A stretch of DNA of 64,000 nucleotides from Halobacteriovoraceae bacterium (lineage in GTDB: Bacteria > Bdellovibrionota > Bacteriovoracia > Bacteriovoracales > Bacteriovoracaceae), in assembly GCA_963719505.1 (NCBI GenBank), contig CAVRCF010000005.1:32001-96000 (forward strand). Direction: 5' to 3'. Below, one piece after another: positions 32,238-41,996 of this stretch. The translations under genes were made by a program, and so were the position numbers. Under the pieces are notes generated by a model. That model was not told the origin of the DNA, did not search any database, and saw only the letters and a program-made list of their open reading frames with translations. Position 1 is the stretch's first letter, and every line of letters starts with the position of its first letter.

Positions 32238-33098
32238 ATGTTAGCATCTAAAAATCAAAATATTGTTTTAATTTTAAAACTTGCCACGATTTGTCTGTTC
32301 TTAGGACGAGCGTGGCAGCATCTTTTTTGGGATGGCCCTTATAGAGTTCTTTTTTGGAATCAAGATTTTTTTGAACCCGTCATAACCACTGTCACATCGA
32401 TGAGCTGGAATGAGTATGCAACTTCAAGTCAGATGAATGGTCTTATTGATTCTTTCACCCGCGCCCTAGGTGTCTTTTACGTTTTCATGGCCTGTCTTTG
32501 TGGCTTTTATAAAGGTCACCAAAAAATTATCAAATGGCTTCTTTTTCTTTCATGTTTTCTTCTCTCCTTTATGTTTTTTCTCTCCTTTGTCGATAAAGCT
32601 TTTTATATCGGTATGTTTATTGAGCACACGACTCAAATGTGTTTACCCATTGTTTTAGTTTTGGCCTATAAAGAAAATATTTCAAAAGAAAGATTTATTA
32701 TTATCTCAAAAATACTAATAGCTCTCACTTTTATCGGTCACGGTCTTTTTGCCGTGGGATTTCACCCCGTGCCTGGAAATTTTGTGCAGATGCTTGTGAC
32801 AGTATTAAATGTTTCAGAACCTACAGCGGTGAATTTGCTACTGGCCGCAGGTATTTTTGATTTCACTTGCTCCCTTCTTCTTTTCTTTCCCAAAGTCGAT
32901 GTCATAGCTTTAAGTCTTATGGCCTTTTGGGGAATTGCGACGGCACTCGCTCGGGTTCTAACTAATATCGATTTTAATTTACTCCAGATGTCTTCCCATC
33001 AGTGGATAATGGAAACCCTCTATCGACTTCCCCACGGGTTACTGCCTCTATGCATACTGTTTGTTATTCACTCATCTATAGATAACAAAAGACTATGA
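32238..33098 (+). CDS. multi-pass membrane protein coupled to the phosphatase gene
   Basis: ATG immediately follows the upstream stop; ~8 TM segments; internal repeat FLGRAW / FIGHGL. Confidence 0.7.
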   Translation: MLASKNQNIVLILKLATICLFLGRAWQHLFWDGPYRVLFWNQDFFEPVITTVTSMSWNEYATSSQMNGLIDSFTRALGVFYVFMACLCGFYKGHQKIIKWLLFLSCFLLSFMFFLSFVDKAFYIGMFIEHTTQMCLPIVLVLAYKENISKERFIIISKILIALTFIGHGLFAVGFHPVPGNFVQMLVTVLNVSEPTAVNLLLAAGIFDFTCSLLLFFPKVDVIALSLMAFWGIATALARVLTNIDFNLLQMSSHQWIMETLYRLPHGLLPLCILFVIHSSIDNKRL

Positions 33099-33216
33099 TT
33101 TTTTGCGTTAGATTTACTTTTCTTCTAAAAAAGTGCTTCTTTTCCCTAGAGATTTAGACAATTTTTCTTTATTCATTTAAAATAGTCCCTTAAGTTTTCA
33201 ATAACTTTGGAGGATT

Positions 33217-35874
33217 ATGTCGTTAGACATGGATGAGCTTCTTAAGAAGTGTGCAGAAGAAAAAATACAATTTATCGCAGAAGTGCAAGAGTTTGCCTGT
33301 CTCTTTGCCGTAGACGAAAACTTCACCGTAAAAGTCGTCAGTGAAAATATAGATCAATTTGATAGTCGGCTGAAGCTTGGAAAAGACCTCAAGAGTATTT
33401 TGGGGGAAAAAGATTGTGATCAATTAGAGAAGAATATTTTTAGAGAAGATCTCATTACAAACTATTCGATAAAACTGGGGTCTGAGGAAAAAAAGTTCTA
33501 CTGCTATAGGACTGGAGATCTCTATGTTTTTGAGCATGAGATTAAAAAAGATGAAACTCACGTCACTCAAAAAGAGGGGCTTATCTCAGCGATTACAAGT
33601 TTTTCTCTTGGGTCAATGAGCTATGAGCTAGGTCTTAAAAGCTTAGCGAACTTGATGGCCAAAAATATTAAAAGTTTTATCGGCTATGATAGAGTCATGG
33701 TCTATCAATTTCATCCCGATCTTCACGGTGAAGTTATTGCTGAGGCTAAAGAAGAGCACTTGGAACCCTTCATAGGGATGCACTATCCAGAATCTGATAT
33801 TCCAAAACAGGCCAGAGAGCTTTTTATTAGAAACCAAATAAGGCTAATTTCTCATATTAAAGGAGACAGAATAGGCCTTCAAACGACGGATGATATCAAG
33901 GCTTTAGATTTATCGGATTCAATTTCGAGATCACCATCAATTGTCCACGTGGAATATTTAAAAAATATGAAAGTCGGTGCCTCTTTGACGATATCTATTA
34001 TCTTAGATGGAAAATTATGGGGTTTAATAGCTTGTCATCACTATAAAGAGAAGTTTATCTCCTTTGCCAGTCGGTCATTTTTAAAGCTCATTGGCTTCTC
34101 TTTCGCAGCAGAGGTTGGAAAGTATAGGGCCAGTCTTTATAATGAAAGATTAAAAAAAGTAAATATGATTACCGTCTCATTTATGGATAAAATTGCACGA
34201 TTGAAAGATAATTTCCAAACCAGTTTTCTAGAAGATATCGTTCAAGGTCAATCTGCCAACCTCAAAAGCCTCCAATCAGCGAATGGTTTCTATCTACAAG
34301 TCGGAAACGATATTTTTACTGCAGGGGAAGTTCCACCTTCGAATATAATCGAGTTTATTGAAAAAGAAGTGCTAAAGGCCCAGGAGTCTCCATTTTTCTC
34401 CACCAATAATTTAAGTGCTCTCGATTCAAGCTTCAAATCTGTGTCCAGTAAAACCTCGGGAGTTCTCGCTGCAGGTCTTGTCGCTGGTGATTCCAAATGT
34501 CTCGTCATGTGGTTTAGACCCGAGGTAAGAGAGGAGATCAAGTGGGCCGGAAAGGATGACAAAGAAGTTGTATACGATGGAGATCAGCCAAGACTAACTC
34601 CAAGAGGCTCTTTTGATGAAATCATCAGACTTCAAACCCATAGCTCTCTTCCTTTTGATGATCAAGATAGAAAAATAGCTTTTGAATTTCTTTGGTTTTT
34701 AAGTAAAGTTCTTTTAGAACAACTAAGATTAGTCGAAACAAATATAAAAAACTTGGAAAGAGAGGCCAGTGAGAAAGATCGCTTTATCTCAAATCTCTCT
34801 CATGAGCTAAGAACACCTCTGAATAATATTTTAGGATGGATGCAACTTTATGATGAGGATTTGAAGGTCAACGAGAGACTTGAAGAGCTTGCTGGAGTTA
34901 TCAAAAGCAACTCTAAACAACAGCTTAAGCTTGTGAATGACCTTTTGGAAGTGTCAAAGATCTCTTCGGGTAAAATTACTCTCGACGTCCATCCAAGTGA
35001 CATTAGAGCAAATATTGAAAAAGTAACAAAGTACTTTCAACCAAGTTTTGAAAACAAAGATATTGAATGTTTTCTCAGCCTAGGAAGTGAAGAGCTTATT
35101 TGCACCGTTGATGAAACTCGTTTCGAACAGGTACTTAGAAATATAATTCAAAATGCTTTGAAGTTTACTCCTAAAGGTGGAGAAGTCTTTATCAAAGCAA
35201 AGAAAAAAGACTCTGATGTGTCTATTGAAGTTAAAGATTCTGGTGTTGGTATCGCCCCTGAAGAAGTGAAAAATGTCTTCAAACAATTTTATCAAACGGA
35301 TAGTAGTCGTTCTAGGATTAATAAAGGCATGGGGCTTGGTCTTTCTTTGGTCAAAAATATTGTGGAACTTCACGGTGGAAGGGTTCGAATAAAAAGTGAA
35401 GGAAGTAACGCTGGAACTTCAGTCATAGTGAAGCTACCGCTGTCGAGTTTAAAGGCACGTCCTCATGTCACGGAATCAAAGCCAGTTTCAGCAGAAGGTT
35501 CTGTTTTAGTCGGTAAAAAAATATTATTAGTCGAAGACACTTTGGACTCTGCTCGATTTATAAAGATCTACCTCGAAAAACATGGCGCTGAAGTCGAGTG
35601 GCTAAGTAATGCAAAAGATGCGCTAAGACTTCTTGTTAAAAGAGAGTTTGATCTCATTCTTTCAGATATTGGTTTACCAAATATGGATGGATTGGAGTTT
35701 GTTGCAAAGGCCAGAGAGATTGAATTAAATAGTAAAAAACCTTATGTTGCCATATCGGCTTATGGAACAAAGGATGAAGTTCAAAGGTCTTTATCAGCCG
35801 GATTTGATAATCATTTAGTGAAACCAGTAGATCTTCATCAACTTATTGAAGAAGCGAAAATAAGGCTTTTATGA
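33217..35874 (+). CDS. bphP: bacteriophytochrome hybrid histidine kinase (PAS-GAF-PHY-HisKA-HATPase-REC)
   Basis: N-terminal Cys (KCAEEKIQF), GYDRVMVYQFHPDLHGEVIAE, YPESDIPKQAR, HVEYLKNM, LWGLIACHH, PRGSF tongue, SHELRTPL, DSGVGI, GLGLSLV, receiver DIGLPNMDG. Confidence 0.93.
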   Translation: MSLDMDELLKKCAEEKIQFIAEVQEFACLFAVDENFTVKVVSENIDQFDSRLKLGKDLKSILGEKDCDQLEKNIFREDLITNYSIKLGSEEKKFYCYRTGDLYVFEHEIKKDETHVTQKEGLISAITSFSLGSMSYELGLKSLANLMAKNIKSFIGYDRVMVYQFHPDLHGEVIAEAKEEHLEPFIGMHYPESDIPKQARELFIRNQIRLISHIKGDRIGLQTTDDIKALDLSDSISRSPSIVHVEYLKNMKVGASLTISIILDGKLWGLIACHHYKEKFISFASRSFLKLIGFSFAAEVGKYRASLYNERLKKVNMITVSFMDKIARLKDNFQTSFLEDIVQGQSANLKSLQSANGFYLQVGNDIFTAGEVPPSNIIEFIEKEVLKAQESPFFSTNNLSALDSSFKSVSSKTSGVLAAGLVAGDSKCLVMWFRPEVREEIKWAGKDDKEVVYDGDQPRLTPRGSFDEIIRLQTHSSLPFDDQDRKIAFEFLWFLSKVLLEQLRLVETNIKNLEREASEKDRFISNLSHELRTPLNNILGWMQLYDEDLKVNERLEELAGVIKSNSKQQLKLVNDLLEVSKISSGKITLDVHPSDIRANIEKVTKYFQPSFENKDIECFLSLGSEELICTVDETRFEQVLRNIIQNALKFTPKGGEVFIKAKKKDSDVSIEVKDSGVGIAPEEVKNVFKQFYQTDSSRSRINKGMGLGLSLVKNIVELHGGRVRIKSEGSNAGTSVIVKLPLSSLKARPHVTESKPVSAEGSVLVGKKILLVEDTLDSARFIKIYLEKHGAEVEWLSNAKDALRLLVKREFDLILSDIGLPNMDGLEFVAKAREIELNSKKPYVAISAYGTKDEVQRSLSAGFDNHLVKPVDLHQLIEEAKIRLL

Positions 35875-36392
35875 GTTTAAGACAAAGAATAAGAGAGGAG
35901 ACAAAAGATCTTCATGATCAACTCGAACAACAGTATCCGTTTAATGCTCTTTTTGACTCTAAAAACTTAAAGCAGGATGTCGAGAATGCCTTGAGTTGCT
36001 TTAGTTGCATGTTCAAAGATTTTCTCCTAGAGAATCAAAAGAGTGATCCTTTCTTTCTAGACTCATTAAGTCAACTCGAAAAGGTTAGTGGCGCTACGAC
36101 CTTGAAGAATTTTTCTTTTAAAGATGATGAAAACCTCAACCTATCAATGCGTTATCTCTTTATTGGTTCTCGAATGGGAAATAGACTGCTTGTCCAAAAA
36201 AATCCAAAAGTTGTTGAGTTTAAAGGAGGAGAATACTTCTCATTAGATTGCCCTCAAGAGCTTTGGAAAGAGCTCATCAGTGACTTGGATAATATTGTCG
36301 ATCCAAAGCAGCAAGATCAAATTATTAATGTTACGCGCTTTCTTTTTGTCCAACTTATGAACTTCGGTGCTCTGACTAAATCAGTTGTGTAA
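35871..36392 (+). CDS. bphO: BphO-type biliverdin-producing heme oxygenase
   Basis: IREETKDLHDQLE (heme-ligand His) and YLFIGSRMGNR; ATGA overlap with bphP. Confidence 0.75.
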   Translation: MSLRQRIREETKDLHDQLEQQYPFNALFDSKNLKQDVENALSCFSCMFKDFLLENQKSDPFFLDSLSQLEKVSGATTLKNFSFKDDENLNLSMRYLFIGSRMGNRLLVQKNPKVVEFKGGEYFSLDCPQELWKELISDLDNIVDPKQQDQIINVTRFLFVQLMNFGALTKSVV

Positions 36393-36477
36393 TTAACTAA
36401 ACAAATTCATTTAAACCCCTAAAAGCTTATAAGTGAGGTTAAAGTACACTTGTAATTGCAATATAGAGGAGAATGTA

Positions 36478-37524
36478 ATGAAAGTTAAAGCTTACGCCAG
36501 CCATGGCAACGAGAAAGATTTAGAACAAATTGAAATTGAAAGAAGAGATGTCGGAGAAAACGATGTCGAAATCGATATTCACTATTGTGGTGTTTGCCAC
36601 AGTGATATCCACCACGTTCAAGGAGACTGGGGTGATGCTCCAAGACCAGCTGTTCCAGGTCATGAGATCGTGGGTCTTGTTACTAAAGTTGGATCCGGTG
36701 TGAAGAACTACAAAGAAGGAGATAAAGTTGGAGTTGGTTGTATGGTCGACTCCTGTCAAAGCTGTAATCCTTGCGAAAATGATCTCGAGCAGTTCTGTGC
36801 AGATGGAACGCAAACCTATGGATCACAGGATAAAAAATTAGAAGGCCACACTTTTGGTGGTTACTCTGAAAAAATAGTCGTCGATAAGAACTTTGTTTTA
36901 AAAGTTTCAGATAAATTAGATTTTAAAAAAGTAGCACCTCTTTTATGTGCTGGGATCACCACGTTTTCTCCACTCAATCATTGGAATGTAAAAAAAGATG
37001 ACAAGGTCGGAGTTGTAGGCCTAGGTGGACTAGGGCATATGGGTGTGAAGCTTGCTCATGCTATGGGGGCCAAAGTTGTCATGATCACGACAAGTCCAAG
37101 TAAAGCTGAAGATGCAAAAATGCTTGGAGCCGATGAGGTTTTAATTTCTAAAGATGATGAGCAAATGAAAAAACATGCGGGAAGTTTTGATTTTATTCTT
37201 AACACCATTCCCGTGGGTCACGATATGAACCCATACGTGCAGCTTTTAAAAGTCGATAAGACTATGTGTCTGGTCGGAGCTATCGAAGATCTGGATCCAC
37301 TCAATGGAGCGAACCTTATTCTTCGAAGAAGAAGTATTGCCGGTTCCCTCATCGGGGGCATCAAAGAGACTCAGCAAATGTTAGATTTTTGTGCTGACAA
37401 TAATGTTCACCCAGAAATTGAGATGATTAAAATCCAAGATATCAATAAGGCATTTGAAAGAGTGAAAGACTCTGATGTTAAATACCGATTTGTTATCGAT
37501 ATGAAATCACTTAAAGAGGCATAA
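36478..37524 (+). CDS. NADPH-dependent zinc alcohol dehydrogenase (CAD / YahK-like)
   Basis: CGVCHSD, GHEIVG, CQSCNPC...C, PLLCAGIT, GLGGLG, YRFVIDM. Confidence 0.93.
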   Translation: MKVKAYASHGNEKDLEQIEIERRDVGENDVEIDIHYCGVCHSDIHHVQGDWGDAPRPAVPGHEIVGLVTKVGSGVKNYKEGDKVGVGCMVDSCQSCNPCENDLEQFCADGTQTYGSQDKKLEGHTFGGYSEKIVVDKNFVLKVSDKLDFKKVAPLLCAGITTFSPLNHWNVKKDDKVGVVGLGGLGHMGVKLAHAMGAKVVMITTSPSKAEDAKMLGADEVLISKDDEQMKKHAGSFDFILNTIPVGHDMNPYVQLLKVDKTMCLVGAIEDLDPLNGANLILRRRSIAGSLIGGIKETQQMLDFCADNNVHPEIEMIKIQDINKAFERVKDSDVKYRFVIDMKSLKEA

Positions 37525-37525
37525 T

Positions 37526-37840
37526 ATGAAAGGTTTTATCGCTTTATCACTTTTACTCATAAGCACCTATAGTTTTTCAAACTGTGAAAAAGAAGTGCCT
37601 GTAATAGCTGATAGAGCGATGGATCTTTTTATCCCAGACCAAGATGAAGTCTATTGTGAAGCCATCGGTGGCATAGAGCAGATTATTGAACTCGAAACCC
37701 CTCAGGTTCTTCCTGTGACTTATGCCTATTTGATTACTTTTTACTATCCTTGTGGCCCTCATCCAGAGAAGCCCCAGGTAAAACTTCGTCTTAATGAAAG
37801 TTGTGATATTATTAGCGTCGATGTTAATAGTTATCAATAG
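37526..37840 (+). CDS. small secreted hypothetical protein
   Basis: GAGG RBS, signal peptide, four Cys. Confidence 0.6.
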   Translation: MKGFIALSLLLISTYSFSNCEKEVPVIADRAMDLFIPDQDEVYCEAIGGIEQIIELETPQVLPVTYAYLITFYYPCGPHPEKPQVKLRLNESCDIISVDVNSYQ

Positions 37841-37851
37841 GACGAAAACCT

Positions 37852-38646
37852 GTGATTAAGTTTATACTCATTGCCCTTATCAGTATTAGCTGTAGCGACA
37901 CTTTAAAAATAGTAGAAAAATACACTCTACCCATCAAGGAAATTTCAGGACTTTGCTTTAAAGGTGATACCCTTCATCTTATTAGTGATGCAGATGATAT
38001 CATCTACACACTGGATTGGAGTTCAAGAAAAACCAAGCTTAACCTTTCAAAAATTGACTTAAAGAAAATATCTGGAAAAACGTATGGAGGCCAGTGGGAG
38101 TCCATCTATTGTCACGCTGATGGAAGACTAAGTCTTTTGCAAGAAGACTCAGCTACTCTTATCACCCTTAATGCACTTCGATCAAAAATAGAAAAATCAG
38201 TACTATTAAAAACTCAGTCTTTTAAAGAATTTCATAAAACGTGGCAAAAACATGAGAATTCAAAAGGTGAAGGGCTCGTATTTTTACCGAATAAAAAATA
38301 TCTTGTGGTCAAAGAAAAAAAGCCCGTCCAGCTTCTGATGTTTAATAAAGAAGATACTCTTGAAAAACACTGGAAAATAGAACCCTCTAAAAAGAAGAGA
38401 GTTAAAGATATAAGTGAGTTAGCTTTTAATGGTAGTAAGCTGTTTTTCATAAGTGATAAGAGTAATGTCATCGGTGAGATTTTTGAATTTGCTGCAAACG
38501 ATGATCACTTTAAAATTAAAAACCTTAAAGATCTTCCTGAAGATATTGAAAAAGCTGAAGGGCTGGCCTTTAGCTCCTCTGGTCAGACAGTTATCGCTAT
38601 TGATAGCAAGTCGACTTCGGAGTCTAATCTTTTTGTCGTAGACTAG
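37852..38646 (+). CDS. SdiA-regulated/YjiK-like beta-propeller lipoprotein
   Basis: Lipobox SISC; EISGL, GEGL, DISEL, AEGLAF blade motifs. Confidence 0.7.
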   Translation: MIKFILIALISISCSDTLKIVEKYTLPIKEISGLCFKGDTLHLISDADDIIYTLDWSSRKTKLNLSKIDLKKISGKTYGGQWESIYCHADGRLSLLQEDSATLITLNALRSKIEKSVLLKTQSFKEFHKTWQKHENSKGEGLVFLPNKKYLVVKEKKPVQLLMFNKEDTLEKHWKIEPSKKKRVKDISELAFNGSKLFFISDKSNVIGEIFEFAANDDHFKIKNLKDLPEDIEKAEGLAFSSSGQTVIAIDSKSTSESNLFVVD

Positions 38647-38726
38647 AATTTAAAATTCAATTATATTTATACACACGGCAGGTTATCAATGACTTTCCAA
38701 TTCGTCCCTTTAGGACAAGAGCAGCA

Positions 38727-40604
38727 ATGGATAAAAAATCAGAAAAATTTGGAACACTTCTTGGCGTGGCTTCTGGAAATGTTGGCATATACTCCTCAGA
38801 TTACTCGACAATAAATGAAGATGAATTACCAGATCGTCATACCTTTAGAAGTTATGTCGATGGAATCTTTATGGGCTATAAATGGCAATGTGTGGAATTT
38901 GCAAGGCGTTGGCTCTATATCAATAAAGGTTATATTTTTAACGATATCCCTATGGCCTATGATATTTTTCATTTAAAAAGCGTCAGGCACACGACCACCA
39001 AGGAAGTTCTTCCTTTGAGGTCTTTTGAAAATGGATCGAAAAGACATCCAGAGGCGGGAGCTCTTCTTATTTGGGATGAGGGGGGAGAGTTTGAAGAGAC
39101 CGGACATGTGGCGATCGTCTCTGAGGTTTTTCCAGATTGTATTCATATCGTGGAACAAAATGAAAGTCATAGCATCTGGCCTCAAGGTCAAAATTATTCT
39201 AGAAAACTTAAGGCCAAGATCGACTCAACCGGTGGCTATTGGATTGAATGTTCTTACCAGGATTCCTCCCTTTTAGGCTGGGTGGTTCAAACGGATGACT
39301 CTACCTTTTCTAAAGAGCATCTGCCTCAAAACGCCAAGCTCTTTCAATTATTAAAACGAAAAGCTCAAAACATGGGCCAAGCCGATATCCCTTGGCTAAA
39401 TATTGCCAATCCCGATGAGGAAGCTTATGTGGAAAGCTATGGTCTAACTATTAAAGATAGAAAAAGTGATCCCTATCAATATTTTTGCCTGTCTCAGACG
39501 GCGATGAGGGAAACTAAGCACGCTTGTAATGAACTTCACGCCATGTTTATGCATGCGACGGATTATGTCTTGGCCCACGAAGAAGTGTTGGAGAAATTTT
39601 GTATTCCCAAAGCTCTTTGGGCTAAGCTTCACGATTCTTGGAATCATCGAAGAAATGAGATGATCACAGGGCGCTTTGATTTAGCGTTGACCCCAAAAGG
39701 CATAAAAGTTTATGAGTACAATGCAGACTCAGCATCTTGTTATATGGAGACGGGTAAAATTCAAAAAAAATGGTCAAAGCATTTTGGATGTACTGAAGGA
39801 TTATGTGCGGGAGAGAAACTTCACTCAAAACTCATTGAAGCTTGGAAAGACAGTGATGTAAAAGGTGTTTTACATATTATGGTCGATCATGATTTGGAAG
39901 AAAATTACCATGCAAAGTTTATGCAAACCGCTATTGAAGAAGCCGGTATCCAGTGCAAAATTATAAAAGGTGTTGAAGAGCTTCAGTGGGGGGACAATAA
40001 TCAAGTCGTCGACCGCGACGGAGTTGAAATCAAGTGGGTTTGGAAAACTTGGGCTTGGGAGACGGCCCTTGATCAGATTCGTGAGGAGCTCGAAGAAAAC
40101 TCAGACCTTAAAACTCTGACCTCTAATTCAAATAAACACAGTAAACCAAGACTTGTGGATGCTCTTTTAGGACCAGAAGTTCTCGTTTACGAACCTTTTT
40201 GGACTCTGATTCCAAGTAATAAGGCCATCTTGCCTGTGCTGTGGATGCTTTATCCTGATCATCCATTTCTTCTAGAGTCTCATTTTTCACTAACCAATGA
40301 TCTCAAGGAAAAAGGCTATGTGAGTAAACCAATTGTCGGAAGATGTGGGGCCAATATAAAACTTTTCGCTGCCGGGGATTCTCTTTTACAAGAAACCGAA
40401 GGCTGCTTTGAACAAAGAGATCAGATTTATCAAGAGCTCTTTGCCCTGCAAAATGTTGATGGTGATAATATTCAGCTTCAAGCCTTTTCTGTTTCTGGAT
40501 TTTTTGCCGGAGCAGGTATAAGGATTGATCCTTCTTTGATTGTCGTCTCTGGAAGTGATTTACCCTCTTTGAGAGTGACTGACGATAAAGACTTTATTCA
40601 TTAG
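38727..40604 (+). CDS. gss: bifunctional glutathionylspermidine amidase/synthetase
   Basis: KWQCVEFARR and TGHVA (CHAP amidase); GRFD, YEYNADSAS, WKTWAWE, EPFWTLIPSNKAILP, KPIVGRCGAN (synthetase). Confidence 0.95.
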   Translation: MDKKSEKFGTLLGVASGNVGIYSSDYSTINEDELPDRHTFRSYVDGIFMGYKWQCVEFARRWLYINKGYIFNDIPMAYDIFHLKSVRHTTTKEVLPLRSFENGSKRHPEAGALLIWDEGGEFEETGHVAIVSEVFPDCIHIVEQNESHSIWPQGQNYSRKLKAKIDSTGGYWIECSYQDSSLLGWVVQTDDSTFSKEHLPQNAKLFQLLKRKAQNMGQADIPWLNIANPDEEAYVESYGLTIKDRKSDPYQYFCLSQTAMRETKHACNELHAMFMHATDYVLAHEEVLEKFCIPKALWAKLHDSWNHRRNEMITGRFDLALTPKGIKVYEYNADSASCYMETGKIQKKWSKHFGCTEGLCAGEKLHSKLIEAWKDSDVKGVLHIMVDHDLEENYHAKFMQTAIEEAGIQCKIIKGVEELQWGDNNQVVDRDGVEIKWVWKTWAWETALDQIREELEENSDLKTLTSNSNKHSKPRLVDALLGPEVLVYEPFWTLIPSNKAILPVLWMLYPDHPFLLESHFSLTNDLKEKGYVSKPIVGRCGANIKLFAAGDSLLQETEGCFEQRDQIYQELFALQNVDGDNIQLQAFSVSGFFAGAGIRIDPSLIVVSGSDLPSLRVTDDKDFIH

Positions 40605-41172
40605 TTTTTAGTTTGTTTTTGACTCGGGAAAGACTGACGGGAGAAATCCCCAGATACAGAGCGATTTGATTGTCAGGTATGCGACTTTCGATATGGCCTA
40701 AAGTCTTTTGAAAGCTCTCATATCTTTCTTTGGCATCCAACATTAAAAATTCATATTCTCTTTGCTCTTTGGCGATGAAAAACTTCTCTACAATAATCCT
40801 TCCAATAGCATTCCAACAAGGATGTTCTAAGTAGAGCTCACTCACTCTTAGAAAGGGGAAAGAATAGCCGTTAATATCTTCTAAAGCTCTAATTTCCACA
40901 CGTGAAGGAATTTTTTTTAAAACCTCAACATAAGTGGAGGCGATATCATTTTCTGAAAAAAACGTTTTGATAAACTCCCGACCATCGGCTCCAATATAGC
41001 TTGCCTTGGCGATGCCTTTTTCAATGATATAAAAGTGGGTAGGGATAGTGCCTGTCTTTTGAATGACCTCTCCCTTTTTAAAAGAGAACTTATTGAATTT
41101 TGATTCAATCCTCTTCCATTCGTGCATGGGAATAGGCGTCAAACTGTCAAAAAATCTATAAAGCTTTTCCAT
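40594..41172 (-). CDS. Crp/Fnr family transcriptional regulator
   Basis: cNMP beta-barrel (FKKGEVI, IEKG, IRALED) and HTH IALYLGISPVSLSRVK. Confidence 0.9.
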   Translation of the reverse strand: MEKLYRFFDSLTPIPMHEWKRIESKFNKFSFKKGEVIQKTGTIPTHFYIIEKGIAKASYIGADGREFIKTFFSENDIASTYVEVLKKIPSRVEIRALEDINGYSFPFLRVSELYLEHPCWNAIGRIIVEKFFIAKEQREYEFLMLDAKERYESFQKTLGHIESRIPDNQIALYLGISPVSLSRVKNKLKTNE

Positions 41173-41173
41173 A

Positions 41174-41191
41174 CATTATCTTATGTTAATG
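41174..41191. promoter_or_regulatory. palindrome, candidate Crp/Fnr-type operator
   Basis: CATTATC-TTAT-GTTAATG (6 of 7 bp arm match) between the divergent regulator and operon. Confidence 0.45.
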
Positions 41192-41234
41192 AAATTTAGC
41201 CTGTCAAAAGGCAATCTCTACCTTGAGGTAAATA

Positions 41235-41978
41235 ATGAGTAAAAATGTGTTTATTACTGGAGGCTTGACTGGCATCGGCTTCGAGGTTGCTAAACTTTAT
41301 CAAGCAAGGGGATATAAGGTTGGAATCTGCTCTTTTGAGGCTCCTCAGAGCATCTCAATAGAGACGGACTTCTCCTATTACCAAGCAGATGTAACGGATA
41401 AAGACGCCGTGAAAAAAGCGATCACTGAGTTTAAAAAAGATTTTAAAACCGTTGATATCGTTTTTGCCAATGCGGGAATTAACCATGAAAAACTCTCTAT
41501 TCCTAATTGGGATAGAGTGCGACAGGTTGTCGACGTCAATATCATAGGGGTTATCAATACCATTGAGCCCACCGTCGATATTATGAAAGAACAAGGTCAT
41601 GGACATATTATTACCATAGCCAGTGTTTCAGCTTTTTGTGGTTTACCGGGGATGGCGGGCTATGGGGCCAGTAAAAGTTTTATTCTCACCATGTCAGAGA
41701 CTCTGGCACTTGATCTTAAAAAGTTTGGCATAAATATTACTACCGTGGCCCCAGGTTTTGTTAAAACGCCACTGACACAGATGAATAGTCATAAAATGCC
41801 ATTTCTTATGGAACAAAGTGAAGCCGCGAAAATTATCGTGGAAGCTGCCGACAAAAAGAAAGTCTTAAAGGTCTTTCCTTCACCCATGGTTGCGGTGAGT
41901 TTAATCCTAAGACATTCACCACGATTTTTATACCGAAGGTTTATGTCTTCAAAGATATTGGGTTTTAGAACTCATTAA
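41235..41978 (+). CDS. classical SDR oxidoreductase
   Basis: TGGLTGIG, NAG, S...YGASK, PGFVKT. Confidence 0.9.
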   Translation: MSKNVFITGGLTGIGFEVAKLYQARGYKVGICSFEAPQSISIETDFSYYQADVTDKDAVKKAITEFKKDFKTVDIVFANAGINHEKLSIPNWDRVRQVVDVNIIGVINTIEPTVDIMKEQGHGHIITIASVSAFCGLPGMAGYGASKSFILTMSETLALDLKKFGINITTVAPGFVKTPLTQMNSHKMPFLMEQSEAAKIIVEAADKKKVLKVFPSPMVAVSLILRHSPRFLYRRFMSSKILGFRTH

Positions 41979-41996
41979 ATAAAGGAACTTAGAGCT

